Part shown: positions 54,201-64,000 of the stretch, piece by piece | How positions within the stretch are numbered: position 1 is the stretch's first letter | Layout: each line of letters starts with the position of its first letter | Assembly: GCA_020137815.1 (NCBI GenBank) | Contig: CM035357.1 | Location: forward strand, 4,154,001-4,218,000 | Source of the DNA: Hormiphora californensis | Lineage: Eukaryota; Animalia; Ctenophora | DNA length: 64,000 nucleotides | Direction of reading: 5' to 3' | Notes under the pieces: generated by a model | The model's database searches: none | Told to the model about the DNA's origin: nothing | The model's input: the letters and a program-made list of their open reading frames with translations, nothing else | Made by a program: the position numbers and the translations under genes

Positions 54201-55162
54201 TACTATAATCACTAATCACTAATCACTAATCACTAATTACTATAATCACTAATATCACCCAATTACAGGATCGACTACCTGTGACAAATGTGCCGCTGGC
54301 AGTTTCAGCTCTGAGGGTTCCACCGAGTGCGCTCTGTGCTCCGCTGGACAATTCCAAGACAAAGAAGGTGCTGGAAATTGTGAAATCTGCCCCGCTGGAC
54401 AGTATTCTGATATCGAAGGTAACAGTGTGTTTCTTTGGTAATGAAGTTAACCCTTCCTTGCCAGCGTGCGAAGGTCGCCAAGAGAGGTTATTTCGTCGAG
54501 CCTAATGGGTTAAAATGCTAGGGGTATGGCTTCGAACAACATCATAACAACACCCTAACAACACCCTAACAACTCCCTAACAACTCCCTATAACAACACC
54601 ATCTGATCCTGCACTGCATTTAGGTGCTACCGCATGTGACAAGTGTGCCACTGGAACCATTGCCCCTAACAACACCCTAACAACACCCTAACAACACCCT
54701 AACAACACCTTAAAAACACCCTAACAACTCCCTAACATGACAACACCCTAACAACACCATCTCCCACAGGTGCTACCGCATGTGACAAGTGTGCCGCTGG
54801 AACCTACAACGGAGAGAGTGGGGCCACTGAGTGTACTGCCTGCCCTACTGGAGCTGTCGCTGAACACGAAGGACAGGTATTTATATAGGAATTATTTTAA
54901 CCTTGTAATAGACATCTTCTGCAGCTGTTACATAATATGTATTTTCATTGATTTAATAGACATCTTCTGTATACATATTGTCTCGATATAAATCCTCCTA
55001 ATCTAAATCCTCCTAATTCCCCATCGTTCCCATCATTTCAGGTATCCTGTCAACTGTGTGAGGCTGGATCCTTTGCCGCTTCTGCCACCCAGTGCTCCCT
55101 CTGCTCCATCGGAACGTACAGTGGGGAGGACGGTGCGACATCTTGTACACCTTGTACTGCAG
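48215..55162 (+). CDS. Secreted Cys-rich CxxCxxG-repeat protein (GCC2/GCC3, ephrin-receptor-like repeats); 3' end not in readable sequence
   Basis: Exons 48215-48256 (MKVVAALFLLAASQ), 48871-48937, 50512-50649, 52553-52693, 52858-53001, 53208-53322, 53472-53609, 54269-54418, 54770-54876 and 55042-55162. There is a signal peptide and ~20 CxxCPAGxY/FS-type repeats. Phases are consistent except for one extra G at ~52651-52653. Confidence 0.85.
48328..48408. repeat. ~80-bp near-perfect palindrome, followed by (GACAGACAAT)-type simple repeats at ~48465-48750
   Basis: TGAATTGGAGACAAACATACTTCTGAGTGAGTCGA...TCGACTCACTCAGAAGTATGTTTGTCTCCAATTCA. Confidence 0.8.
49138..50038 (-). CDS. Secreted Gly/Tyr/Gln/Ala-rich repeat protein, 2 exons, ~260 aa, nested antisense in intron 2 of the Cys-rich gene
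   Basis: Exon 1 50038-49940 (signal peptide MKSILFLTLLSLTLA plus an acidic stretch) joins exon 2 49821-49138 in phase 0. Repeats GGYGGGVQN, GAQGGYG and QVAAGGYG flank a short unique segment. TATAAAT lies upstream and ATTAAA downstream. Confidence 0.85.
50095..50101 (-). promoter_or_regulatory. Putative TATA box of the Gly-rich gene
   Basis: TATAAAT on the minus strand ~57 bp upstream of the ATG at 50038. Confidence 0.5.
50315..50525 (+). repeat. 42-bp tandem repeat (5 copies) spanning the exon 3 acceptor
   Basis: Unit AAAAGTCTAACGAATCATCCCCAG|GTTCTTTCTCCATTCTCT; the last copy supplies the real acceptor at 50511. Confidence 0.9.
50710..51391. mobile_element. Foldback MITE with 9-bp TSD (Mutator-like)
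   Basis: CCTCCCTTG|TTGGTGACATAGACACC...GGTGTCTATGTCACCAA|CCTCCCTTG, with long degenerate inverted arms. Confidence 0.85.
51392..51790 (+). repeat. ~62-bp tandem repeat copying the exon 3 end and its donor
   Basis: Repeats of GTGCCCC.CTGGACAAACCTC.CTTGAAG|GT(A)...GAGAGTTTGAAATGGGGG. The array begins at the real exon end (~50621) and is split by the MITE. Confidence 0.88.
54067..54253 (+). repeat. (TAATCAC)n heptamer repeat just upstream of an acceptor; (AACACCCTAAC)n arrays at ~52330-52550 and ~54545-54760
   Basis: Seen directly. Confidence 0.92.
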
Positions 55163-55211
55163 GTTGGTCACGCAGTCACCCGGCCCTATTATTGCATATT
55201 ATATTAATCAG

Positions 55212-55312
55212 CAGGAACCGATCGAATCAGGAAATACTGGTCTCTGATAACCAGTCACGTGACCTAAATAACGAGTTCTGATTGGTTGTTTACTTGTGTC
55301 GGTCGGGTCTTG
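55212..55312. mobile_element. hAT-like MITE, copy 4 (degenerate)
   Basis: Same family; TSD TTAATCAG/TTAATTAG. Confidence 0.8.
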
Positions 55313-55359
55313 TTAATTAGGAAAACACGGTGATCTATAATGGGACTGTGGCATTGCAC

Positions 55360-58300
55360 GGTAGTATGGTAGTTAAGGTCGTGCGCACTTTTTGGCGCCA
55401 TTTGGCGCCAAATTGGCGCCATTTTGGCGCCACGTGGCGCCATTTTGGCGATATTTTAGCGCCAAATGGCGCCAAAATTTGGCGACTGCGCAAAAACCCC
55501 CCCCATTTGGCCCCCCCAAAAGGCCCCCAATTGGGAAAGGGGGGTCCCGGCCATGGCTTTATTAAATCCCACTTTGGCCCAAAATTTGGCGCCAAAAAAC
55601 GCCATAGGCTTTTCCGGGGTGGCGCCAAACCAGGGGAGGGGGCGCCATAATGCTCTGGGGTACTTGGTTGGCTTTTGCGTGTGGGCCTTTTTTTAAATAG
55701 GGGCCCAAACTTTTTGGCGTAAAAAAAAACCGATTTCTGGGGGGGGGCGCCACACCACTGGGTGCGCCCCTTTTAAAAACTCGGGCGGTTTTAAATGTTA
55801 TTTGTTGGGGGGCCAAACCGTTGCCCGGGGCGGAAAATTAAAACGGCGCCACACATTGGGCGCCACATTAATGGCCCACTTATAAGGGGCCCCCACTTTA
55901 TATGTGGCCCCATTGGAATTGCCGAAAAGGGCCCCTTTCCCGTGAGGCATTTTTGAAGTTGTCGTGTTACCTACCAAGCCTTAAAAACCGGTTTTTTCCG
56001 ACATAAAACTCCTACCCGGCCCAACCAAAATTCCTTTTAAATTTCTAGGTAAAAAAAAGGGGCCCCCCCGGGAACCAAAAAACCCCCAAAAATGCCCAGT
56101 CTAAATTTATTTGGGGGAAGGTGTGTAATTACCCCTAAATTGATTGGTAAATAACAAAGGAAAAACCGTTATCAAAACCCTTGGGAAAAAGGAGTAGAGA
56201 TAAAAAATTAAAGGGGCCCCAAAAGTGTTCAGTGTCCTCGAAATTAAGGGGGGGTGGGTTTCCCCCAAAAAAAGGGGTTTTATCTCACTTTTAAATTTGG
56301 AAATTTGGGGAAAATTTTGCCTTTCACATAGCCGTTTCTGGCCATTTGGCTATATTTCCCATTTTTAGGAAAGGGGGAGAGCCCAAAACCCGGGGGCACG
56401 GAAATGTTCAGCGTTCTCGAATTGTGGGGGTGGGGGTGCTGAAATTAAGTCTCTACCCTCACCCGGGTTTAAAATTCGAAAAAATTGGATAATTGGGTTT
56501 TAAAAAAACCTTTTTAAGGCTTTTAAAAATTGGCTTTGAGGTGAGAAAAACAAATTTTTTTTAGACCGCAAAAGCGACAAGGCCCTCCATCCCCGTGGGA
56601 AATTTTTTAGAGTTTTTTCCCCTTTTGGGTCCCAATTTTTTGGGAAAAGGGCCAAATTTTGGGGGGGTCGACGGGTTTTTTCATTTTAAGCCCCCAAATT
56701 TTCAACCGTTTAGGAAGCCGTTATTTGGTTTTAAAAAGGTCTAAAAAATTAAAAAAGGGTTTAAAAACCCCACTTTTAATGGCGCCAAAACATTTTTTGG
56801 CGCCAATAAATGTTGGCGCCATCCATAAAAACTTTGCCCCAAAAAAGGTTTGGCGGTGGCGGAGTCAAAAAGTGCCATATTTGGGCCCGTTCCCAAAATA
56901 TTTTGAGTGGCGCCCTTTTTTGGGGCGCCACCCCTTTTTGGTGTGGGGGCCACTCTAAAATCGGTTTTTTTTGTTGGCCCCAAAATTTAGCGCCAAATTA
57001 AAACCAACTGGCGGCCAAAACCCCAAACCCCCATCTAATACCGCCAGCAGGTAGGGCCCACTTTCCGTGGTATGGCGCCACTCCCCCCCGGGCCATTTTG
57101 GCTTTTGCAACCGCCATGGGCGATTGATACCGCCTTGGCGGGCCCAAACCCCAATTTTGGCGTTTTTTTGGCGCCACGGGCGCCACGTGGCGAGGGAAAA
57201 GGGCCAAAGGTTGGCGGTTTTTGGGCAAAAACCCGGCCCCCCGGGGCATGCGAATTTGCCCTGAAAAAACGTGTCCATCGCCAAGGGGGCGAAAAATTTG
57301 GGGCCCCAAAATTGGGGCGCCATGTACTTTTCACTCTTGGCCAAATTCCCCAAAATTGGCCCCAAATTTGGCAGTGGGAATTTTTCAGAAGGGGAAATTT
57401 AAAACGGAAAAGGGTCATGCCCAAAGTGCCCTTTTTTTTGGGCCCCAAAATTTTTTGATTTTTTGGCCCCAAAAAACCATTTTTTGGCGAAAATATTAGC
57501 CCAAAAAAAAATACCGCCGGCCCAAAAGGGCGTTTTGGCGCCGGTTTTTTTTGGCGCCAAAGCTCTTTTTTCCCCGGGGTTTTTTGGGGGTTTCATTTTG
57601 GGTAAACCCCTTAAAAAATTGGGGCCCAAATTTCCCTAAAATTTGGGGCCCCAAACCCCATCCTTGACCCTAAGTTTTACCCCAACCGGCAAAAAGTTGG
57701 CCCCAAACCTTTTTTGCGCCAATTTGTTTAATTTTTTGGGTTTAAATAGGTTAAAAAGGGGCGCCAACCCTTAGCCCCCAACTTTAAAATTTCACAAAGC
57801 CCCCCTTTGAGCGCATTTTTTTTTCGGCCATTTTTTTGGCCCCAAATTTTTTTAGCGCCCAATTATTGGTCCAAAAAAAAAAACTTTTTTTTTCTGTCGG
57901 GGGCCGTGCCCCCCACTGGGCACTTCAGGATCGGGCGAGCTGCCCGGGCCCCGACGCTCATTTTTGCAGATCTGGCATTTGGGGGGAAAACTTTCTTTTA
58001 CCAGTGGTCTATCCCCAAAAATGTCGCCCCCGAAACTCTCCACCCCCCAATCTTTCCAGTTTAACGGGGGCCCTTTTAAAACGTGGGGGAAATCCCCTTT
58101 AAACATTAGGTACTGGTTTTAATTTAGGTACATTATTAAAAATTTAAACCCTTAATTTTAAGGTAATGAATTAAGGGAAGGGAGTGTCAGAAAAAAAATC
58201 TTAGGGGACAAGAAAGCCTTTGGTTGGGCCCCTGCTTTTAGCGTTAGTCAACCCCTTTTTGGCTGTCCCTCCTTTTTGATCTTAATCTCTATCTTTCCCC

Positions 58301-61300
58301 TCTGTCCCCCTCTCTCTGTCTCTCTTTTTCTCCCCCTTCTCTTTCTCTCTCCCCTCTCTCCCCCCCCTCTCTCTTCCTCGCCTCTTTTCTCTCCTCTCTC
58401 TCTCTCTCTCTCCCTCTCTCGGGGTCCCTCTCCCTCTCCTCCCTCTCTCGCTCTTCTCTCCTCCTCTCTCTCTCGTCTCCCCTCTCCCCACCCTCTCGGC
58501 TCTCTTTTTTTCCCCCCTTTTCTCTCACTCCCCCTTTTCCTCCCATCTCTTCATAAATTCGGGCGGGAAGAATAAAAATTTTTGGGTTAGAGTGGTGGGT
58601 TTTGGGTGTAAGGTTGAGGAAGGGGTTCCCTTCAAAAAATTTTTGAATCGGGTTTAAAAGGGATTCGTAGAATTTGGAGTTTTTTTTGGGGGGTCTTAAA
58701 CGAGTGCGTACTTCCCTATAGGTGGGAAAAGGGTTTTTTGGCAATCAGGGGAAAACCCCTTTTGTAGATGGAAAGGAACACCCAAACCCTAACCGCATCC
58801 AAAAACATGCGGGGGCATTTCACGCATTTGACCTTCCCACCCCCAAAAAAAAACCACTTTTCCCCCCGGGCAAAGGGGTTTAATTGTTGCCGCTAGTGTT
58901 GCCCCTTTTTTATTTTTTAAATTTCCATCATCATCACCCTCCAACATTTCTAACGTCCCCAAATTTTACAATTTTAAATGTGCCCAAAAATTGGCCCCCC
59001 ATAATTGGCCCCAAATTTTAAACATCATTTTGGGGCAAAATATTTTGCCCCCAAGGGCCAAACAGGTTTAAAATTTGGGCCCCCAAAAAATTTGGGCGCT
59101 ATATTTTGGGGGCCAAAACGGTTTCGGGCACCAATTTTTTTACAAAGTGAAAAAAATTTGGGGGCGCCAAAAACTTGGGTCAAGGAGGGGGTGGCGCCAA
59201 TTTCAAAATTTTGGCCCCTTTTTTTTAAAGGGTTTTCCCCCAATGAACCGCCAAAAAGCCGGCGCCAAAAAGGCTTTGGCGCCAAAATTGGCCCCTTTAA
59301 AGGGTCATGCCCCTTTTTTAAAACCAAAATTACCACCTCTTGGCGAAATTTCTTGGCGCCAAATTGGCCGGGGCTTGGGGTAGGGGGCCAATTTGGCGCA
59401 GGGGCGCTGTTTTCCCCCTTTTTAAGCCCCAAAATTGGGCGTTTTGGATACAAATCGCCAACTTACCCTGAAAATTTGGGGCCCCAAATTTTTGGCGACT
59501 GGCCCCAAATTTAGCCCCAAATTGGGGGCGCCAAATGGGGCTATTTTTGTCGCCAATTTGGCCCCAAAAGGGGGCGATTGGAACAAACGCCCCCCAAAGC
59601 GCAAAATTTGGGCGTTTTGTATCCAATCCCCAATTTTGGCGCAAATTTGGCGCCCCCCCCAGCGCCATTTGGCCCCAAATTTGGGGAAAAAGGGCCCAAT
59701 GACCCAAAGTGCCCAAATTTTTTGGGCCCCAATTTTTCGATTTTTTGGCCCAAAAACCATTATTGGCCCCAAAAATTATCCCAAATAAAAAACCGGCCCC
59801 AAAAAACTTGTTTTGGGGCGCCGGTTTTTTTTGGCCCAAAAGCTTTTTTTGGGGCGCCGGCTTTTGGGGGGGGGGCTTTTTCACTTGGGTAAACCTTTAA
59901 AAAAAATTGGGCCCTTGGGGGGAAATTGGGTCGTCCCACCCAAATTCCTTGACCCTAATTTTTTGGCCAAATTTAAATTTTTCATTTTTGTAAAAAAATT
60001 GGTGCCAAAACTCCTTTGGCCCCAAATTTATAAAACGCCAATTTTTGGGGGCCAAATTTTTTCTCCTGTGGCCCTTTCGTAAAAAAATTTTTGGCCCCCA
60101 AAAGGATGCTTGAAATTTGGCCCCAAAATTTTTTGGCCCCAAATTTTTATGGCCCCAAAAAGGTTTGAAATTTTGGGCCGGCCAAAAAAAATGCTTGGAG
60201 GGGTGATGTTTATGGAAAACCTATAAGCGTGCAACCTAGCTTTGAAACCAATTACCCCCCTTTTGCCCGTGCAAATTCAAGGGGTTGTTAGGGCGGGGGG
60301 GAAAGGTAAAAGGGCTTGAATACTGCCGTGCAGTTTTTGATGCGGTTTTGTTTTTTCGGGTTTTTCCTCCACTAAAACCCCGGGGGCCCCCTGATTCCCA
60401 AAGCTTTCCTACCTATAGGTACGTACGCACGTACGTATACGAAACCCCCAATCCAGCTCCATTTCTAAATTTTTTACCCCTGATTCAATAATTTAAAAGG
60501 GAACCTCTTCCTGCCTTATCCCCCATCCCTAAAAACCTACCAACCTTTTATTTTTCCCAGCCCAATGAATGAAGATATGGTGAGATAGAGAAAGAGGGGG
60601 AAGTTTGGGAAAAAGGGGGAGAGAACGAAAGGAGAGAGAGAGAGAGAAGAGAGAAGAGAAAAAGGGGGCCAGAGAGGGGAGAGAGAGAAAAGGAGAGGAG
60701 AGAGAAGAGAGAGGAGAGAGAAAAAGGGGAAGAAAAAGGGGAAAGGAAAAAAAGGGGAACGAGAGAGGGCAAGAGAAAATAGAGTTTAAAAAATAAAGGG
60801 AGGTACACCCAAAGGGGTTCGAACTAAGGGGTCAAAGGATGCAGGGTCCCCAAAACCCCGGGTTTTCTTGTCCCTAAATCTTTTACTTGACCCTCCGAAA
60901 ATTTTAAATTTTTCCCAAAAATGTCCCCCTAAATTACACCCATCCCCTAATGTTAAAGGGCTTCCGCCTTTTTTTAAGGGGCCCAGTTTAACTGGAAAGT
61001 GGGGTGTGAGGGTTTTTTGGGGGCCCGACTTGTGATGTACCCGGGTAAAAATTTATCCGCAAAATCCAGCATCTGAAAACTGACCTGTCGCGCCAACAGC
61101 TCTGACAGATCCTACAGTGCCTTCAGTTTGGGGTCACGGCGCCAAAACATAAACTGAAGGTTTTTTTTTTTTGGGGCGCCAAAAATTTTGCGCTAAAATT
61201 GGCGCCAAAAATGGCCCCAAAAACTAGCGCCCCCAAGGGTTTTTGTAAAAATTTTAAATTTGGGCGCTTGTTTGGGCCCCAATTTTTCCCATCCTATGAC

Positions 61301-63658
61301 CCAAAATTATTAAACAAATTGGCGCCAACTTTGGGCGCCAACTTTCCCCCAGAGTTGGGGGTCAAAACTTAGGGTCAAGGAGAGAGAAAGAAGGAAAAGG
61401 GGAATAAAAGAGGGGAAAAAAGAGAGAGAGTAGAGCGCCAGGAGAGAGAAAAGAGAGAGGGGCAAGGGGGGGAGTAAATTTTCCAACCCGGCTCGTTTGC
61501 TAGAGACCCGCTACCCAGATCAGCCGCGCTGGAAGCTCGGCGGGAGGAACCCCCCCCGGGACACCGAAAAATAGTTTAAATATAAACGGGGGGTCTGCAC
61601 CAAAACCGGGTTCGACAACTTCAAAGATGCGGGCCCAAACCCAAACGGGTTTTTTCTTTTCCCAAAGATCTTTTTATTTCCCTTCCCCAATCCCGTTTTC
61701 TCATTTTTTCAAAATGTACCAAAATTAGGGGGCCAGTACCTAATGTTAAATGGCATTCCTCCACGTTTGAAGGGCCCAGTTATAACTGGAAAGATGCGTG
61801 TGACGAGTTTCGGGGTCAGACATTGTGATAGTACCACTGGTAATGAAAGTTATCCGCACAAATGCCAGCATCTGCAAACTGAGCTGTCGCGCCAGACAGC
61901 TCTGACAGATCCTGACAGTGCGCTCAGATGGGGTCACGGCGCCAGACAGAAACTGAATGTTTTGTTTTTTTGGCGCCAATAATTGGCGCTAATAAATTGG
62001 CGCCAAAAAGTGGCGCTAACAACTAGCGCTCAAGGGTTACTTAGTCGAAATTTTAAAGTTGGCGCTAATGATTGGCGCCAATTTTCCATCCTATGACCCT
62101 AAATATTCAACAAATTGGCGCCAACTTTCGCCAGAGTTGGCGCCAAAACTTAGGGTCAAGGATGGGTGGCGCCAATTTCAGAATTGGCGCCAATTTTTTA
62201 AGGTTCACCCAAGTGAACCGCCAAAAGCCGGCGCCAAAAAGAGCTTTGGCGCCAAAAAAACCGGCGCCAAATCGCGTTTTGGCGCCGGTATTTTTTATTG
62301 GCGATAATATTTGGCGCCAATAATGGTTTTTGGCGCCAAAAAATCGAAAATTGGCGCCAAAAATTGGTCACTTAGGGTCATGACCCTTTTACCCAAATTG
62401 GCGCTAATTTGGCGCCAATCGCCATTTTGGCGCCAATTTGGCGCTTAGTTGGCGATTTTTATCCAATCGCCAATTTGGCGCTAAATTGGCGCCAAGCAGC
62501 GCCATTTGGCGCCAAATTGGCGCTAATTTGGCGCCAATCGCCATTTTGGCGCCATTTTGGCGCTTAGTTGGCGATTTTTATCCAATCGCCAATTTGGCGC
62601 TAAATTGGCGCCAAGCAGCGCCATTTGGCGCCAAATTGGCGCTAATTTGGCGTCAATCGCCATTTTGGCGCCAAATTGGCGCTAAGTTGGCGGCAATCGC
62701 CAAGCAGCGCTAAGTTGGCGATTTGTGTCCAATCGCCAATTTGGCGCCAAATTGGCGCTAAGTTGGCGACAATCGCCAAGCAGCGCCAATTTGGGGTAAA
62801 AGGGTCATGACCCTAAGTGACCAATTTTTGGCGCCAATTTTCGATTTTTTGGCGCCAAAAACCATTATTGGCGCCAAATATTATCGCCAATAAAAAATAC
62901 CGGCGCCAAAACGCGATTTGGCGCCGGTTTTTTTGGCGCCAAAGCTCTTTTTGGCGCCGGCTTTTGGCGGTTCACTTGGGTGAACCTTAAAAAATTGGCG
63001 CCAATTCTGAAATTGGCGCCACCCATCCTTGACCCTAAGTTTTTGGCGCCAATTATTCATCATGTGCCCCTTTTGTAATAAAATCGGTGCCAGAAACTCG
63101 TTGGCGCCAATATATAGCGCCAATTTTTGGCGCCAATTATTCATCCTGTGACGCTTTCGTAACAAAATATTGGCCCAAAATGATGTAAATTGGCGCCAAT
63201 TTATGGCGCCAATTTATGGCGCCACATGAATTTTGTAATTTGCCGTCGGTAGAAATGCTTGGAGTGGTGATGATGATGGAGTAACCTATATTAAGCGTGC
63301 AACACTAGCGTGCAACAATTACCACTTTTGCCCGTGCGAATCAAGTGGTTGTTATGGCGGGTAGGCAAGGTCAACGGCGTGAATACTGCACGTGCATGTT
63401 GTTGGATGCGTGTTATGTGTTCGGGTGTTCCTGGCTCCTGCCATCTACAACTGGGGTTCCCATGATTGCCAAAGCTTTCCTACCTATAGGTACGTACGCA
63501 CGTACGTATACGTACCCCCGATACAGCTCCAGTTCTACGAATCTTTATCACCTGATTCAATATATTTGAAGGGAACCTCTTCCTCAATCCTTATCACCAT
63601 CCCTACCACTCTACCAACCTTTATATTCTTCAGCCCGACATGATGAAAGAGATGGAGT

Positions 63659-63736
<78 letters not shown>

Positions 63737-64000
63737 GAGAGAGTGAGAGAGAGAGTGAGAGAGAGAGAGAGAGAGAGACAGAGAGAGAGAGAGACAGAGG
63801 GGGACAGAGAGAAAGATAGAGATTAAGATCAACGGAGGTACAGCCAACGGGGATCGACTAATGTCTAACATGCAGGGTTCAACCAACAGGCTTTCTTGTC
63901 CCTAAGATCTGTTACTTGACACTCCGTATATTAATTTTCAATAATGTACCTAAATTAAAGCCAGTACCTAATGTTAAAGTGAGAGTGGACGGAATCAGAA
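55360..64000. mobile_element. Large GGCGCC-rich foldback complex related to 14845-17212; mostly low-quality sequence
   Basis: Starts GGTAGTATGGTAGTTAAGGTCGTGCGCAC (same terminus type). A clean palindrome lies at ~62140-63050. Degraded direct (~3.07-kb offset) and inverted copies of the 61740-64000 segment occur within 57500-61300. The right end was not seen. Confidence 0.6.

Noticed and set aside
55500-61700. Pro/Gly/Lys/Phe-rich ORFs
   Set aside because: Translations of homopolymer-rich, low-quality repeat sequence.

Overview
Repeat-rich animal genomic DNA with spliceosomal introns, not prokaryotic. It is probably a ctenophore, inferred only from my recollection of the 109-bp CAGGAACCGACCGAA repeat in Pleurobrachia-type sequence (unverified). 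Six intron-containing genes can be assembled by hand from GT-AG sites with consistent phases. (1) A complete 12-exon GALK2-like GHMP kinase (12504-40421, +, ~451 aa). (2) A 4-exon, 167-aa protein with an MGxxxSC acylation motif, a glutaredoxin-like fold lacking CxxC and a polybasic tail (44666-46325, +). (3) A secreted Cys-rich CxxCxxG-repeat protein (48215 to >55162, +). (4) A secreted Gly/Tyr/Gln-rich structural-type protein nested antisense in intron 2 of gene 3 (49138-50038, -). (5, 6) Two partial minus-strand genes at the left end. The introns hold two LINEs, two Helitrons, a tRNA-Gly-derived SINE-like element and many non-autonomous TIR/foldback elements with readable TSDs (TA, 2-bp, TTAA, 8-bp, 9-bp). 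Main oddities: foldback copies whose two arms share copy-specific mutations; an otherwise intact L2 ORF split by three different palindromes; GGCGCC arrays phased at ~10-11 bp; and tandem repeats built from splice-site and branch-point sequence at exon boundaries. Sequence at ~55490-61730 looks like low-quality consensus. Most ORFs in the supplied track are repeat artefacts.
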